NCBI GenBank assembly: GCA_029261655.1 | Contig: JAJDAY010000030.1 | Location: 186,916-250,915, forward strand | Direction: 5' to 3' | Length of the DNA: 64,000 bases | From: Nitrospinaceae bacterium | GTDB lineage: Bacteria; Nitrospinota; Nitrospinia; Nitrospinales; VA-1 | Shown here: positions 9,820 to 19,478 of the stretch, piece after piece | How the letters are laid out: every line of letters begins with the position of its first letter | Numbering within the stretch: the first letter of the stretch is position 1 | The notes under the pieces: model-generated | What the model was told of the DNA's origin: nothing | The model's input: the letters and a program-made list of their open reading frames with translations, nothing else | The model's database searches: none | Program-made: the position numbers and the translations under genes

Positions 9820-10644
9820 ATGAAATTATGTTTAAAAAAATATATCTTGAGCGCCATTTTATTTATGGGGATATTTTCGTGGGCAGGTGTATCTGCTCAG
9901 GAAGCAAAAGAACCTCCCCCGTCACCCACCGGAATGGTTGCCGTTCCCGCAGGCAAGTTCACCCGGGGGACAGAGCCTGATCGGGCTAATCAGATATGCC
10001 TCAAGAACAGCAAGGTTTGCAACGTATCCTGGTTTGAGGATGAAGTGCCTTTTCATTCCGTCCAGTTGGAAAATTTTCATATCGACATCCATGAGGTAAC
10101 GCAACAGGAGTTCCAGCGCGTGACGGGCAAAAATCCTTCTGAGTTTAAAGGACCGGATCTGCCCGTCGAGAAAGTGACCTGGCACGAGGCGGTGGAGTAT
10201 TGTGAAAAGCTTGGAAAACGTTTGCCCACCGAAGCGGAATGGGAATGGGCCGCCAGAGGCGGGGGGGACCTGGCCTTTGCGTGGGGGGATGCCGCCGAGT
10301 CTAAAAAGGCTAATTTTTGCGATCGGAGTTGTGCCAAGCGCTGGAAGGAAAAACAGTTTGACGATGGTTATCGGCACACCGCCCCCGTCGGCAGTTTTCC
10401 CGCAAATGGTTATGGAGTGTTCGACATGGCGGGCAATGTCTATGAATGGGTCCAGGATTGGTACGATAGCGACTATTACCGAATTTCTCCCAACAGCAAC
10501 CCGCAAGGCCCGGCAACGGGAAGACACAAAGTGATTCGCGGTGGGTCCTGGATAAATTATTCCGTTGGGGTGCGCCCCTCCGACCGAACGGACGCGAAAC
10601 CAAAAAAACGATTGAACTTTGTGGGCTTTCGATGCGCTCTGTGA
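9820..10644 (+). CDS. Formylglycine-generating-enzyme (SUMF1/FGE-sulfatase) domain protein, secreted
   Basis: Signal peptide, then EVTQQEFQRVTG, WHEAVEYCEKLGKRLPTEAEWEWAARGG, MAGNVYEWVQDWY and RGGSW. Confidence 0.85.
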   Translation: MKLCLKKYILSAILFMGIFSWAGVSAQEAKEPPPSPTGMVAVPAGKFTRGTEPDRANQICLKNSKVCNVSWFEDEVPFHSVQLENFHIDIHEVTQQEFQRVTGKNPSEFKGPDLPVEKVTWHEAVEYCEKLGKRLPTEAEWEWAARGGGDLAFAWGDAAESKKANFCDRSCAKRWKEKQFDDGYRHTAPVGSFPANGYGVFDMAGNVYEWVQDWYDSDYYRISPNSNPQGPATGRHKVIRGGSWINYSVGVRPSDRTDAKPKKRLNFVGFRCAL

Positions 10645-10714
10645 AGGATCAGCCAGACGGAGTATTTGGAAGAATGGCTAAGACCAGGGAGGCGGGGCCA
10701 CTCTAAACGATTTT

Positions 10715-12127
10715 TTAATCCTGTCTTTTGCCTTTCCAGCGGCGGACATCTTTCATGAATTTTTCCCGGTCCATTTTGCGGTCCCAGGGGAAAAGCACCA
10801 TCAAGGGTTCGAGCGCGTAGTTCGAGCTGTCTTCAGGCGGGAGTTCAAAGCTTCCATCCGTTATCCGGTAAATGTTGTTAAACGTTCGGTAGTTGCCGCA
10901 CAGCGCCACATAATCCCAGGAGGTCTTCCCCTCGATCAGGTCGCACAACTCAGAGGACGCAATGCCTTCGTAGAGATTGATCTTGCCCAGGTCGCCTTTG
11001 TGCAGACAGGGTTCGGACGATCCAAAATCAATGCTCCACATCTGGGATTCGTTTCGCCCGAACACTTCCAGTTGGTAAACGATTTGCCAATGCTTCCAGC
11101 CTGCCATCATTTCGCTGGCCAAAATCCTCTGCATGAATTGATTCTCAATGAATTCATGGATAAAACTGATTTCCTTTGCGCATTGATTGCCGTCGGTGGT
11201 TCGCGAGCGTATCGGAGGAACCTCCATGACCGGTTTGAACGCCAGCCGATGGCTGTCGTCCTCAAGAACGCGCACGAAATCTGAGGACTGTTTTTCAATG
11301 CGGACTTCATCGGGCAGGATATACGCCACATCCCCCGAAACATACGGACCACACGAAACTCCAGGGCTAAAGGCCTTGAGGTCGCCGAGGAATTGTTCCT
11401 GAGTGGTCGGGAACGAATAAGAGTTGAGGAAGTCCATTTCATCGCGGTAACGAAAAGAAGCCGAACCGGGCACCACGAATTTTGGCCCGAGCGCCCGGAC
11501 CACATTCAGGTAGGTGCAGTATTCATCGTAGGGCAGATCCATGGGCTTGTTATAGGAAAAATTTCCTTCCAGAAGAGGCACAAACCGTCCATGCATGAAA
11601 TTCACAGAGCCGCTCAACTGAAGGATTTGGTCGATTATTTCCGGGTTCACAATCGTGTCCACCTGATTCCACGAGGTCACCCCGTCCGACTGGACCAGAA
11701 GCCCGTGTTCCGGAAAATCATCCTTAGCGGTGCTCGCCTTGTTGAGCGAGGGGGTGGGCGTGAGCGTGACGTCTTTGATCGTGACAGGCGTAAAATCGGC
11801 GACGACATGGATGTTTTTAAACTCCAGTTCTTTGAGAACGTCTATCAGGATATCGTCATTGGGAACAAGAACCAGCGCGTCTGGTTTGAGACAACCGCCC
11901 GGCTGGGCAAGATAGGCCAGTGTGCGGACATCGAAGTGATCCTGGTGGCGGTGGGAGAGATAAAGAACGTCCACCGGAGGGATTTTTTCCTTTTCCAGGA
12001 CAATGCTGGGGCAAAGGACGTTGATTTCCTCCCAGAGATAATCAAACCAGGCAGGGTCGGTTAAAATGGTGGTTTCCCTGGATTGTATGAGCAGGCAAGC
12101 GTGTCCTATCAGGGTGGTCTTTATCAT
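10715..12127 (-). CDS. MBL-fold metallo-hydrolase with an uncharacterised C-terminal extension
   Basis: N-terminal GHACLLIQ and HxHxDH motif (SHRHQDHFD). The ~170-aa C-terminal part is of unknown family; an SCP2-like fold is only a guess. Confidence 0.75.
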   Translation of the reverse strand: MIKTTLIGHACLLIQSRETTILTDPAWFDYLWEEINVLCPSIVLEKEKIPPVDVLYLSHRHQDHFDVRTLAYLAQPGGCLKPDALVLVPNDDILIDVLKELEFKNIHVVADFTPVTIKDVTLTPTPSLNKASTAKDDFPEHGLLVQSDGVTSWNQVDTIVNPEIIDQILQLSGSVNFMHGRFVPLLEGNFSYNKPMDLPYDEYCTYLNVVRALGPKFVVPGSASFRYRDEMDFLNSYSFPTTQEQFLGDLKAFSPGVSCGPYVSGDVAYILPDEVRIEKQSSDFVRVLEDDSHRLAFKPVMEVPPIRSRTTDGNQCAKEISFIHEFIENQFMQRILASEMMAGWKHWQIVYQLEVFGRNESQMWSIDFGSSEPCLHKGDLGKINLYEGIASSELCDLIEGKTSWDYVALCGNYRTFNNIYRITDGSFELPPEDSSNYALEPLMVLFPWDRKMDREKFMKDVRRWKGKRQD

Positions 12128-12288
12128 GTCGAGATATCCGTTTTATTATAATAAGGGCGTAAGAAAAACCCGTTTGGGATGGGAACAGCGATTGGCAGGC
12201 GGATTTAAGGGAACAAGTGGTTCCGGTATTGGTCCTGACGGGAATGGCCGTGGTTTAATATCAACCCCTGACAGCTGGAAAAAAAGGA

Positions 12289-12359
12289 AGGCACCGGGCG
12301 GACTCGAACCGCCGATAGAGATTTTGCAGACCTCTGCCTTACCACTTGGCGACGGTGCC
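12289..12359 (-). tRNA. tRNA-Cys (GCA)
   Basis: Hand-folded cloverleaf: acceptor GGCACCG/CGGTGCC, anticodon loop CTGCAAA, T-arm GGCGG-TTCGAGT-CCGCC. It has discriminator U73 and an A13-A22 mismatch, both typical of tRNA-Cys. CCA is not encoded. Confidence 0.9.
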
Positions 12360-12387
12360 CCGCAATCTTCCGTAAACAGAAAAAAAA

Positions 12388-12463
<76 letters not shown>

Positions 12464-12495
12464 CTTCATTTCATTTTGATCACTTTGGTCCAGCC

Positions 12496-12523
12496 ATTAT
12501 ATTTTCTGGGAAGGTTTTGTCAA
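12496..12523 (-). promoter_or_regulatory. Consensus sigma-70 promoter for the tRNA-Gly/tRNA-Cys pair
   Basis: The minus strand reads TTGACA-N16-TATAAT (12523..12518 and 12501..12496). The -10 box ends ~34 nt upstream of the tRNA-Gly 5' end. The -35 box starts 4 nt after the plsY stop. Confidence 0.6.
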
Positions 12524-12526
12524 ACT

Positions 12527-13126
12527 CTATTTCTTCAAGAACCTGGACTCGTTGCCATCGAGTATCCGTTGCATGTTTTCATGATGTCGATGGAACACGA
12601 TGAGAGCCACAATGACGGATACGGCCATGAACTCCGGCGGATATTGGTAAAATATCCCGAAAAGGGGAAGAAACAGGGCGGCGAGAACGGAACTCAAGGA
12701 GACATAACCCGAAGACCATAATGTCACCGCGAACACTCCTATCACGGTAAAAGTCGCCAAGGGCATCAGAACAAGAAAAACTCCCAATCCGGTGGCCACG
12801 CCTTTACCGCCTTTAAACTTAAGAAACACCGGGCAGACATGGCCGATAAATACCATCAGCCCGGCAACGGCGATTTGCCAGGCAGGGTCCAGAAAGTGGG
12901 AGGCGATGGCCACCGCGGCCACTCCTTTAGACAAATCTCCCACCAGGGTCATGAGGCCGGCCTTTTTCCCAAGAATTCTTGAAACGTTTGTCGCCCCGAT
13001 ATTGCCGCTCCCGTGTTCACGAAGGTTGATATTGTTTATTCTGGCGAAAAGAATTCCGAAAGGAATGCATCCGAGCAGATAAGATAATATCCAGATGAGG
13101 ACAGGGGGCGCGAACGGGTCAGCCAA
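12527..13126 (-). CDS. plsY: Glycerol-3-phosphate acyltransferase PlsY
   Basis: HGSGNIGATNVSR and FKGGKGVATGLG motifs in a ~200-aa polytopic membrane protein. Confidence 0.9.
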   Translation of the reverse strand: MADPFAPPVLIWILSYLLGCIPFGILFARINNINLREHGSGNIGATNVSRILGKKAGLMTLVGDLSKGVAAVAIASHFLDPAWQIAVAGLMVFIGHVCPVFLKFKGGKGVATGLGVFLVLMPLATFTVIGVFAVTLWSSGYVSLSSVLAALFLPLFGIFYQYPPEFMAVSVIVALIVFHRHHENMQRILDGNESRFLKK

Positions 13127-14012
13127 GATGGTCGCTCAAAGACATATGGTTGGATTTCACTTTTAATTTTTCCTTGGCTCTTTTTTCAATTTGCCGTACC
13201 CGTTCCCTGGAAAGACCAATTTCCTTGCCAATTTCTTCGAGGGTTTTAGTTTCTCCATTGAAGCCGAAACGCATACGCAAAATCTTTTCTTCTCTGGGTT
13301 GCAGATCTTTTAACAGCATTTCCACTTTGACGTGCAGGCTTTCCTGCATGATCTCGTCATCGTAGGGGATGGTGTTGGAGCTTTCGAGCAGGTCAATGTA
13401 GGCGGTCGATTCGTCCGCTTTCAGGGGCGCGTCGAGGGATAAATTGGTGCGATAGGCGCGCATGATATTGTGAACGTCAGCTTCCAGGTATCCCATATCA
13501 TCGGCCAGTTCTTTATCCGTGGGTTCTCTCTCCAGGGATTGAGTGAGAGACCGGCGCTTTTTGCTCATTTGATAAACTTTACCCACCTGCTTGATGGGCA
13601 GTTTCACCGTGCCGGATTGTTCCGCCATACAATGCATGATCGCCTGTCTGATCCACCAAACGGCATAGGTGATGAACTTGACCTCCCGCGTGGGGTCGAA
13701 CCGTTTTGCGGCCTGAATGAGGCCGATGTTTCCTTCTTCAATCAGGTCCTGGAGAGAAAGACGGTAACCCTTGTATTTGTTGGCGATGCTGACCACAAAT
13801 TTTAAATTCCGTCGCACCAGTTCCTGCAGGGCCTTGAGATCGCCCTTGGCAATCTTAATAGCCAGCTCTTTTTCTTCTGCCCGGCTGAGCGGCTTGATTT
13901 TGCTTATTTCTTTGAGGTACTGCGTGAGCGGTTCGGAATGTTCACGTTGTTTGGGCTTTGGAGCCGGTTTGGCATTTGCTTTAGTATTTTCTGACGTTTT
14001 TCTGATTGCCAT
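13119..14012 (-). CDS. RNA polymerase sigma factor, sigma-70 family (RpoD/RpoS-like, regions 1.2-4)
   Basis: Region 2 FITYAVWWIRQAI and region 4 HTH EEIGKEIGLSRERVRQIEKRA. It overlaps the plsY start by 8 nt. Confidence 0.9.
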   Translation of the reverse strand: MAIRKTSENTKANAKPAPKPKQREHSEPLTQYLKEISKIKPLSRAEEKELAIKIAKGDLKALQELVRRNLKFVVSIANKYKGYRLSLQDLIEEGNIGLIQAAKRFDPTREVKFITYAVWWIRQAIMHCMAEQSGTVKLPIKQVGKVYQMSKKRRSLTQSLEREPTDKELADDMGYLEADVHNIMRAYRTNLSLDAPLKADESTAYIDLLESSNTIPYDDEIMQESLHVKVEMLLKDLQPREEKILRMRFGFNGETKTLEEIGKEIGLSRERVRQIEKRAKEKLKVKSNHMSLSDHLG

Positions 14013-14022
14013 AAAATAAACT

Positions 14023-14790
14023 TTATCTGTGCATGGTTTTCAGTCGAATCCGCGCTTCAGTAGAGAATTCACTTTTAGGGTATTTTTTCAGAAGTTCCAT
14101 AAAGCTGTCTTTCGCTTCGGAAAAATTTTCTTCTTCAAGATAGGATTCGGCTATTAAAAATATGGCTTCATCGGCAAAACCCTGGTTCGGATAAGTTTCA
14201 CGCACATTTTTCAGCCGCACGATAGCCGATTGATAAGCCCCTGTCCGGTAATAAAACTTACCGACTTCAAACTCGCTGTTCGCAAGTATATCGTGGCACT
14301 CTTTTTTTTTCTTAACCGCTTTTGCTTGCAAGGGGCTTTTGGGAAATCTTTTAATGGTTTCTTCAAAACCTTCGAGAGCGGCAAGCGTGTTTGTCTGATC
14401 CCTGGTGGCGATTTCCCGCATTTTAAAATCTGACATGGCTTTGTAATAATAGGCCCGGTCCGCAAATTTATTTGCGGGATACAGCTCGATAAATTTTTGA
14501 TAGTGAAATTTTGCTTCCTCGTATTCATCGTCGAGGTAATAAGTATTGGCCAGAAACAGAAGCCCTTGCACACGTTCCCTGCTATCCGGGTAATCTTCCA
14601 GGAGTTGATGGAAAAGCTCTTTCGCTTTGTTATAACTCTTGGTTTTAATCTGGTGTTTGCCTTCCGTAATGAGTTCTCCTGGAGGCAGATTTTTTTTCTT
14701 GTTGGTGGAACTGCACCCCGCAAGCAAAAAAATAGATATGAGCAGGAGAATATACAATCCAGAAATGAATGAAAAACCGGGGCGTCGCAT
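14023..14790 (-). CDS. bamD: Outer membrane protein assembly factor BamD (YfiO) lipoprotein
   Basis: Lipobox LLAGC, TPR-like repeats with the typical FIELYP...ADRAYYY and VRETYPNQGFADEAIFLIAESY patterns, ~255 aa. Confidence 0.85.
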   Translation of the reverse strand: MRRPGFSFISGLYILLLISIFLLAGCSSTNKKKNLPPGELITEGKHQIKTKSYNKAKELFHQLLEDYPDSRERVQGLLFLANTYYLDDEYEEAKFHYQKFIELYPANKFADRAYYYKAMSDFKMREIATRDQTNTLAALEGFEETIKRFPKSPLQAKAVKKKKECHDILANSEFEVGKFYYRTGAYQSAIVRLKNVRETYPNQGFADEAIFLIAESYLEEENFSEAKDSFMELLKKYPKSEFSTEARIRLKTMHR

Positions 14791-15013
14791 AGTCTGATAA
14801 AGGAAAAATATAAGTGGCTAATTAATATCCCAATATATAATAGAATAATTGATTTTAAAAGGCTTTTAAATACACCGTTTGGCATTCCAGCTTGCCACAT
14901 TAGTTTTTTTCGTGCTATATTTTCAAACTGCAAAAGAAATGAATTTTGCAAAGAGCAAGGCTGGACCCAAATAGCAAAAACCCTCTGGAACTCACGGATT
15001 ATTCAAGTTTAAA

Positions 15014-15799
15014 ATGGCCCCTCACATGACAAAACTCGCCCTTTTTTTTGTAGCAATTTTTATCGCCTGGCCGGAGCTGGCGCAAGCCGCTGAGCCTCCA
15101 ATGCCCCGCCAATGGGAAGTTTTATCCATCATTGAAAAAGGCGGGGTCATGATGTACCCCATTCTTTTCTGTTCGATAATGATTCTGGGGATTGGAATCG
15201 AGAGGGCTTATAATTTAAGAAGAAAAAATATCATTGATACCGAATTTTTGAAAAACGTGCGCAATCATTGGAACTGGGAGGATGTCCACCTGGGTTTGCA
15301 GATGTGCAATTCTTACGACAACGCCTTGTCCAGAATCCTGAAAACGGGGTTATTGCGGTTTGGGGGGAAACTCGATGAGGTCGAGCGGGCGATCGAAGGC
15401 GCAGGGCAACATGAAGCCTCGTTGATGAACTCCAACCTTCGGGTGCTGGGCGCCGTCGCCAACATCACGCCCATGATGGGGTTGCTGGGGACGGTTTTTG
15501 GTATGATCAAGGCATTCAACGTCATTTCCCAGAGCGGTACGGGAAACCCCGGCCTGGTCGCCAGCGGTATTTCAGAGGCTCTGATAACGACCGCCACCGG
15601 AATGGTCGTCGGTATTCCCGCCTTGGCCATGTACCATTATTTCCGCGGTAAAATAGACCGCTATGTTTTTGAAATGGAGGAAATCTCCTTCCAGCTGGTT
15701 GAAGAACTTTCTTATGAATCGGTTCGGAGCAAGAAGGCCGAGGAAGTTAAAAACGAGAAGCCGAAAAAAAACAAGAAGGAAATTCGCGCGGCGCTTTGA
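15014..15799 (+). CDS. MotA/TolQ/ExbB proton-channel family protein
   Basis: MGLLGTVFGMIKAF and SEALITTATGMVVGIPA motifs in a 3-TM architecture. Confidence 0.85.
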   Translation: MAPHMTKLALFFVAIFIAWPELAQAAEPPMPRQWEVLSIIEKGGVMMYPILFCSIMILGIGIERAYNLRRKNIIDTEFLKNVRNHWNWEDVHLGLQMCNSYDNALSRILKTGLLRFGGKLDEVERAIEGAGQHEASLMNSNLRVLGAVANITPMMGLLGTVFGMIKAFNVISQSGTGNPGLVASGISEALITTATGMVVGIPALAMYHYFRGKIDRYVFEMEEISFQLVEELSYESVRSKKAEEVKNEKPKKNKKEIRAAL

Positions 15800-15855
15800 T
15801 TTTTTCAAGACATTCCCTATAAATATTATGCCCTTTGGACATACCCTGAAATCCC

Positions 15856-16251
15856 ATGCGATTTAGAAAAGACGAGGAAGAGAATTTTGGCATGGACATG
15901 ACGCCCATGATCGATGTGGTGTTTCTCCTGCTTATATTTTTCATGGTCTCCACCGTGTTTGTGGATTTCAACCGGCAAATGGATCTTGCCTTGCCCACTT
16001 CCAAATCCTCCAGAGTGGATGAGACACCCAAGAGTCTTGAAATCGAAATGACCGCAGACAAACAGATTTTTTTCGATGGCAAAAAGGTGACCTTGTCCAG
16101 CCTTGAAAATATGCTCGGCGGTTCGACTCCGGAACAGAAAAAAACGGCCATCATCCGCGCGGATAAAATTTTGCCCTACGGCGACGTTATCAAGTTGATG
16201 GGTGTCTTGCAGAGCGTCGGAGTTTTAGATATCAGCGTCGCGGTAAAATAA
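15856..16251 (+). CDS. ExbD/TolR biopolymer transport protein
   Basis: MTPMIDVVFLLLIFFM N-terminal TM and IRADK...YGDVIKLMGVLQ, ~131 aa, directly after the ExbB-type gene. Confidence 0.85.
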   Translation: MRFRKDEEENFGMDMTPMIDVVFLLLIFFMVSTVFVDFNRQMDLALPTSKSSRVDETPKSLEIEMTADKQIFFDGKKVTLSSLENMLGGSTPEQKKTAIIRADKILPYGDVIKLMGVLQSVGVLDISVAVK

Positions 16252-16349
16252 CTCCTGCGCAGAGGGCGAAAAGTGGACACTATTTGGTAGGAATGAGCGT
16301 GGAGAAGCTGTGGGATAAGTGTCGTGAACCGTAACGAAATTTACTTTTC

Positions 16350-16643
16350 CTATTTGATGACGGACGGTTTGTTGTGCCGGTTGACAATCCATTCATTCAG
16401 CATGCGCACTTCATCGGGCTGTAAGATATCCAGCAGGGATTTTGCGTCCGGGTGGTCCTCGTCGTTGACCACCACGCAATAGTGTCTTTCCACGTAGGCC
16501 GCCGCATGAGCTTTGAATTGAGGAAATTCGAAAAGCTCCGAGAAAATATCTATGTGATATTCCTGGCGTGTGTTTTTAGGATTGAACTTGGAAAGTTTGG
16601 AGTTCAGTTTGGTTTTAAAATCCGCCTTAAGTACGATTCCCAT
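16350..16643 (-). CDS. Hypothetical protein (97 aa)
   Basis: It is the only long ORF in this interval. No family is recognised. Confidence 0.5.
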   Translation of the reverse strand: MGIVLKADFKTKLNSKLSKFNPKNTRQEYHIDIFSELFEFPQFKAHAAAYVERHYCVVVNDEDHPDAKSLLDILQPDEVRMLNEWIVNRHNKPSVIK

Positions 16644-16757
16644 AGTCGTTACCCGGTAGGTTATAAACCAGCTTTATTTTGAAGTGAAGCCGACGCTTCC
16701 CGCCATGACAAGCCAATAACCCCCGCATCAGGCAGAACCCGGTCAGCCATAAACCCA

Positions 16758-16825
16758 TCGAACGTTAATATTATGTCCAGCGCTATGCTGGTCGAACGTT
16801 AATATTATGTCCAGCGTGTCGCTGG
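16758..16825. repeat. Tandem duplication of a 34-bp unit (30/34 identical), each unit containing a small CCAGCG/CGCTGG hairpin and the palindromes AACGTT / TAATATTA
   Basis: Copy 1 (16758..16791) is tcgaacgttaatattatgtccagcgctatgctgg. Copy 2 (16792..16825) is tcgaacgttaatattatgtccagcgtgtcgctgg. Copy 2 abuts the stop codon (16826..16828) of the Nfu_N-like gene. Confidence 0.85.
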
Positions 16826-17104
16826 TCAACTTCCATTTGCAACTCCGCGAATAGTTTCAATAATACGGGATTGAATTTTTGACCAGCGAACTTTATCGTC
16901 CTTGGTCACGTGGATCGCGCTTCCAAGAATCCAAACCGATTCAACTCCGCCAATGGCAAACAGCGATTTTGCCAATGGGTTCGATTCAGCGGACTCCGGG
17001 TCCGAATAGGTGAGCCCCGTTCCCAGGGGAATCAGATCCTGATCGGTTGAAAAGGTGACGTAATTCGGGTTGCGCGTTGGAACAATTTCAATGTTAACGG
17101 ACAT
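16826..17104 (-). CDS. Nfu/NifU N-terminal (Nfu_N) domain protein
   Basis: This 92-aa protein has the pattern TRNPNYVTF...NPLAKSLFAIGGVESVWILGSAIHVTKDD, typical of the scaffold Nfu_N domain. Confidence 0.6.
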   Translation of the reverse strand: MSVNIEIVPTRNPNYVTFSTDQDLIPLGTGLTYSDPESAESNPLAKSLFAIGGVESVWILGSAIHVTKDDKVRWSKIQSRIIETIRGVANGS

Positions 17105-17142
17105 GATTTTTCTCTATACCTTTAAAAATGAAAGCTGAAAGT

Positions 17143-17730
17143 TTATCCAGAGGGTGGATAGCCAAATTTGGCAACCGCTTCATCCAGAACTTTTTGCGTG
17201 GCCATTGCGGCCTGGCTCATATTTTGGGCCTCGAATAAGGCCACCGCTTTTTTAAGATTGATGATGACCAGGTATTTAAACGGCGGTCCACTTTTGAAAT
17301 TATAGTAGGCCCAGCCAAGGTTACCATGCGCTTCGGCATTATTTTGATCGCGATGCACCACAATATTGAGGTGGCCAATGGCGTCTTCCCATTGGTTCAA
17401 GCGATTATACACATTTCCCAGGCTGAGGCGGGCATCCAAATGAAAAGGTTCCAGTTCGACCGTTTTTTTGAAGGCTGAAACAGCCTGCTCGAATTCCTGC
17501 AGATTTTTATAGGCGATGCCCAGATTATAATGCGCCGTAGGGGACAAGGGGTTTTGCTCAACAGACTTCTGATAGGCTTTTATCGCGTCTTCAAACCGGC
17601 CTTGCTGGCTGAGCTCGTTGCCTTTTTCGAACCACTCCTCAGCATTGAGAGCCAGCGCGGGTTGAGGGAAACCCGCTGACATAAGCGTCAAAACAAAAAA
17701 CAATACGAAAAGTTTCAGTTGAGGTCTCAT
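17143..17730 (-). CDS. Secreted tetratricopeptide-repeat (TPR) protein
   Basis: Signal peptide, then repeated A..Y...L...P....A.YNLG..Y TPR units. Confidence 0.8.
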   Translation of the reverse strand: MRPQLKLFVLFFVLTLMSAGFPQPALALNAEEWFEKGNELSQQGRFEDAIKAYQKSVEQNPLSPTAHYNLGIAYKNLQEFEQAVSAFKKTVELEPFHLDARLSLGNVYNRLNQWEDAIGHLNIVVHRDQNNAEAHGNLGWAYYNFKSGPPFKYLVIINLKKAVALFEAQNMSQAAMATQKVLDEAVAKFGYPPSG

Positions 17731-17872
17731 GGACCAAATCCTCGGTATTTAAAAAGATTCATCCGAGCAGGGTGGGCGGATGAATCATAATTCTACCCCA
17801 TTTTTAAAGATTTTGACAAGGGATGATAAAAACCGGCCTGTTCTTGAAGTTTTATCAGGCAGAACCCCGTTC

Positions 17873-18673
17873 TTAGGGCTGATTCGGGGTTTTGGGGCGG
17901 CTTCCGGTGATCCAGTAACGGCCCTCATTTTTCTTCAGGGTGATCGGACAGTCGAGCGCTCCTGATAATACGGTGTCGGTGAGCATGTTTTCTTTCGCGC
18001 CCTGATCGTAAATCGTCCCGTTTTTCAGATAGAGCAGATGGGTGATGAAGGGCAGGATTTCGTCGATGTGGTGAGTGACATAAATCATCCGTGTCCGGGT
18101 GGCGGATAATTTCTCCAGCGTCTGAAGAAAAACCTCTTTGGTGGGAATGTCCAGGCCCGTGCAGGGCTCGTCCAGAATCAAGAGGGCGGGGCGGTTGACA
18201 AGAGCCCGTGCCAGCAAGGTCCGTCTCGCCTCGCCGTAAGACATTTTGCGGAATCCGGTTTGAGCCAGGCGTGCGATGCCTAAAAAATCCATCCATTCCA
18301 AAGCGGTCTGTTTCTGGCTTCGAGATATCTTTTCGTAAATTCCAATGGATGAAAATAATCCGGACGCGACCACTTCCCAGCCTAAAATATTGTAGCGGTA
18401 GTTTTCCTGATATTCGGCGGAAACAAAACCGATTTTGGGCCGGATTTGATCCATCGGTGTCAGTTCCGGGCGGCCAAACCAGCGTACATTGCCGCCATGG
18501 ACGGGTATGAGCTCGCCAAATACCAGTTTCATGAAGGTGGTTTTGCCGGCGCCGTTGTTGCCCACGATGGCCCAGTTCTCCTGGCTCAGCATGGTCCAGT
18601 CGATGGATGAAAGCACTTTATAGCCATTCAGATAGACGACGGCGTTACGGATTTGGACCAGTGGACTTTCCAT
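17873..18673 (-). CDS. ABC transporter ATP-binding protein (stand-alone, ModF-like)
   Basis: Walker A GNNGAGKTT, degenerate signature MSYGEARR, Walker B LLILDEP. There is no adjacent permease gene. Confidence 0.85.
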   Translation of the reverse strand: MESPLVQIRNAVVYLNGYKVLSSIDWTMLSQENWAIVGNNGAGKTTFMKLVFGELIPVHGGNVRWFGRPELTPMDQIRPKIGFVSAEYQENYRYNILGWEVVASGLFSSIGIYEKISRSQKQTALEWMDFLGIARLAQTGFRKMSYGEARRTLLARALVNRPALLILDEPCTGLDIPTKEVFLQTLEKLSATRTRMIYVTHHIDEILPFITHLLYLKNGTIYDQGAKENMLTDTVLSGALDCPITLKKNEGRYWITGSRPKTPNQP

Positions 18674-18687
18674 GAGGGTATCGGGCG

Positions 18688-19347
18688 TTATTGAATGGGT
18701 AGTTTTTTTTCGCGGACCAAAGGGGCGGGAATATGGTGATGAGTGCCGCCGATCAGTTCGGCCACGGCATTGTCTTCATAAAACTGGAGGACGTTGACTG
18801 CGCCGTATTCCTGCTGGATGCGGAAGATGTTGTTGATGGGGATGCCAAGCAGGTGGCCGAGAATGACCCGGTTGACCCCGCCGTGCACCAGCATAACGAT
18901 GGTGTCCTGCGGGTGGTCGGCGACAATTTCTTCAAATTTCGGGATCACGCGGTCTTTCAATTGATGAAACGACTCACCGCCTTTAACCGAGAAAGTATCT
19001 ATATTCTTTAAGCGGTTTTCCAGTTCGTTGGGATACTTCCGGTTGACCTCCTGAACGCTCAACCCTTCCCATTCCCCGAAACAAAGCTCTCTCAGTTCCG
19101 GGTGGGCGATGGGTTTTAAGCCGTGCGGTTCGGCGACGATTTCGGCGCAGGTCCGAGTTCGTATCAGGTCACTGCTGTATACCGAATGGATGGGATGACT
19201 TTCCAGGGACTGGGAAATCAAGCGAAACTGTTCCTGTCCGCCTTCGGAAAGACCCACGTCAAAATGACCGTTGAAGCAGATTTGCCCCGCGTTGGCTGTT
19301 TCGCCGTGGCGGATGAGATAAACTCTGCAGGAAGGCTTGCCGTTCAT
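18688..19347 (-). CDS. Histidine phosphatase family protein (phosphoglycerate mutase/CobC-like)
   Basis: RHGET motif (VYLIRHGETANAG), a second catalytic His region (MLVHGGV), ~219 aa. Confidence 0.85.
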   Translation of the reverse strand: MNGKPSCRVYLIRHGETANAGQICFNGHFDVGLSEGGQEQFRLISQSLESHPIHSVYSSDLIRTRTCAEIVAEPHGLKPIAHPELRELCFGEWEGLSVQEVNRKYPNELENRLKNIDTFSVKGGESFHQLKDRVIPKFEEIVADHPQDTIVMLVHGGVNRVILGHLLGIPINNIFRIQQEYGAVNVLQFYEDNAVAELIGGTHHHIPAPLVREKKLPIQ

Positions 19348-19478
19348 AATTGCGCTATTGAAGCTATAAAGAAGGTGAAACTATAGTCGGGTTGAATATG
19401 CCGCATGGTAAATTTGGCAAAAAAAATGACAAGCTGAAGACCAGCCTGTCATTTTTTAAATCGTTGGGTGATGGCGCC

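Noticed and set aside
9922-10527. 201-aa minus-strand ORF inside the FGE-domain gene
   Set aside because: It is antisense to a gene with multiple FGE motifs, and it has no features of its own.
11393-12064. 223-aa plus-strand ORF inside the MBL-fold gene
   Set aside because: It is antisense to a gene with a clear HxHxDH motif, and its composition is unconvincing.
14211-14951. 246-aa minus-strand ORF overlapping bamD out of frame
   Set aside because: The bamD frame has a lipobox and TPR pattern. This alternative frame is low-complexity and runs into the promoter region.
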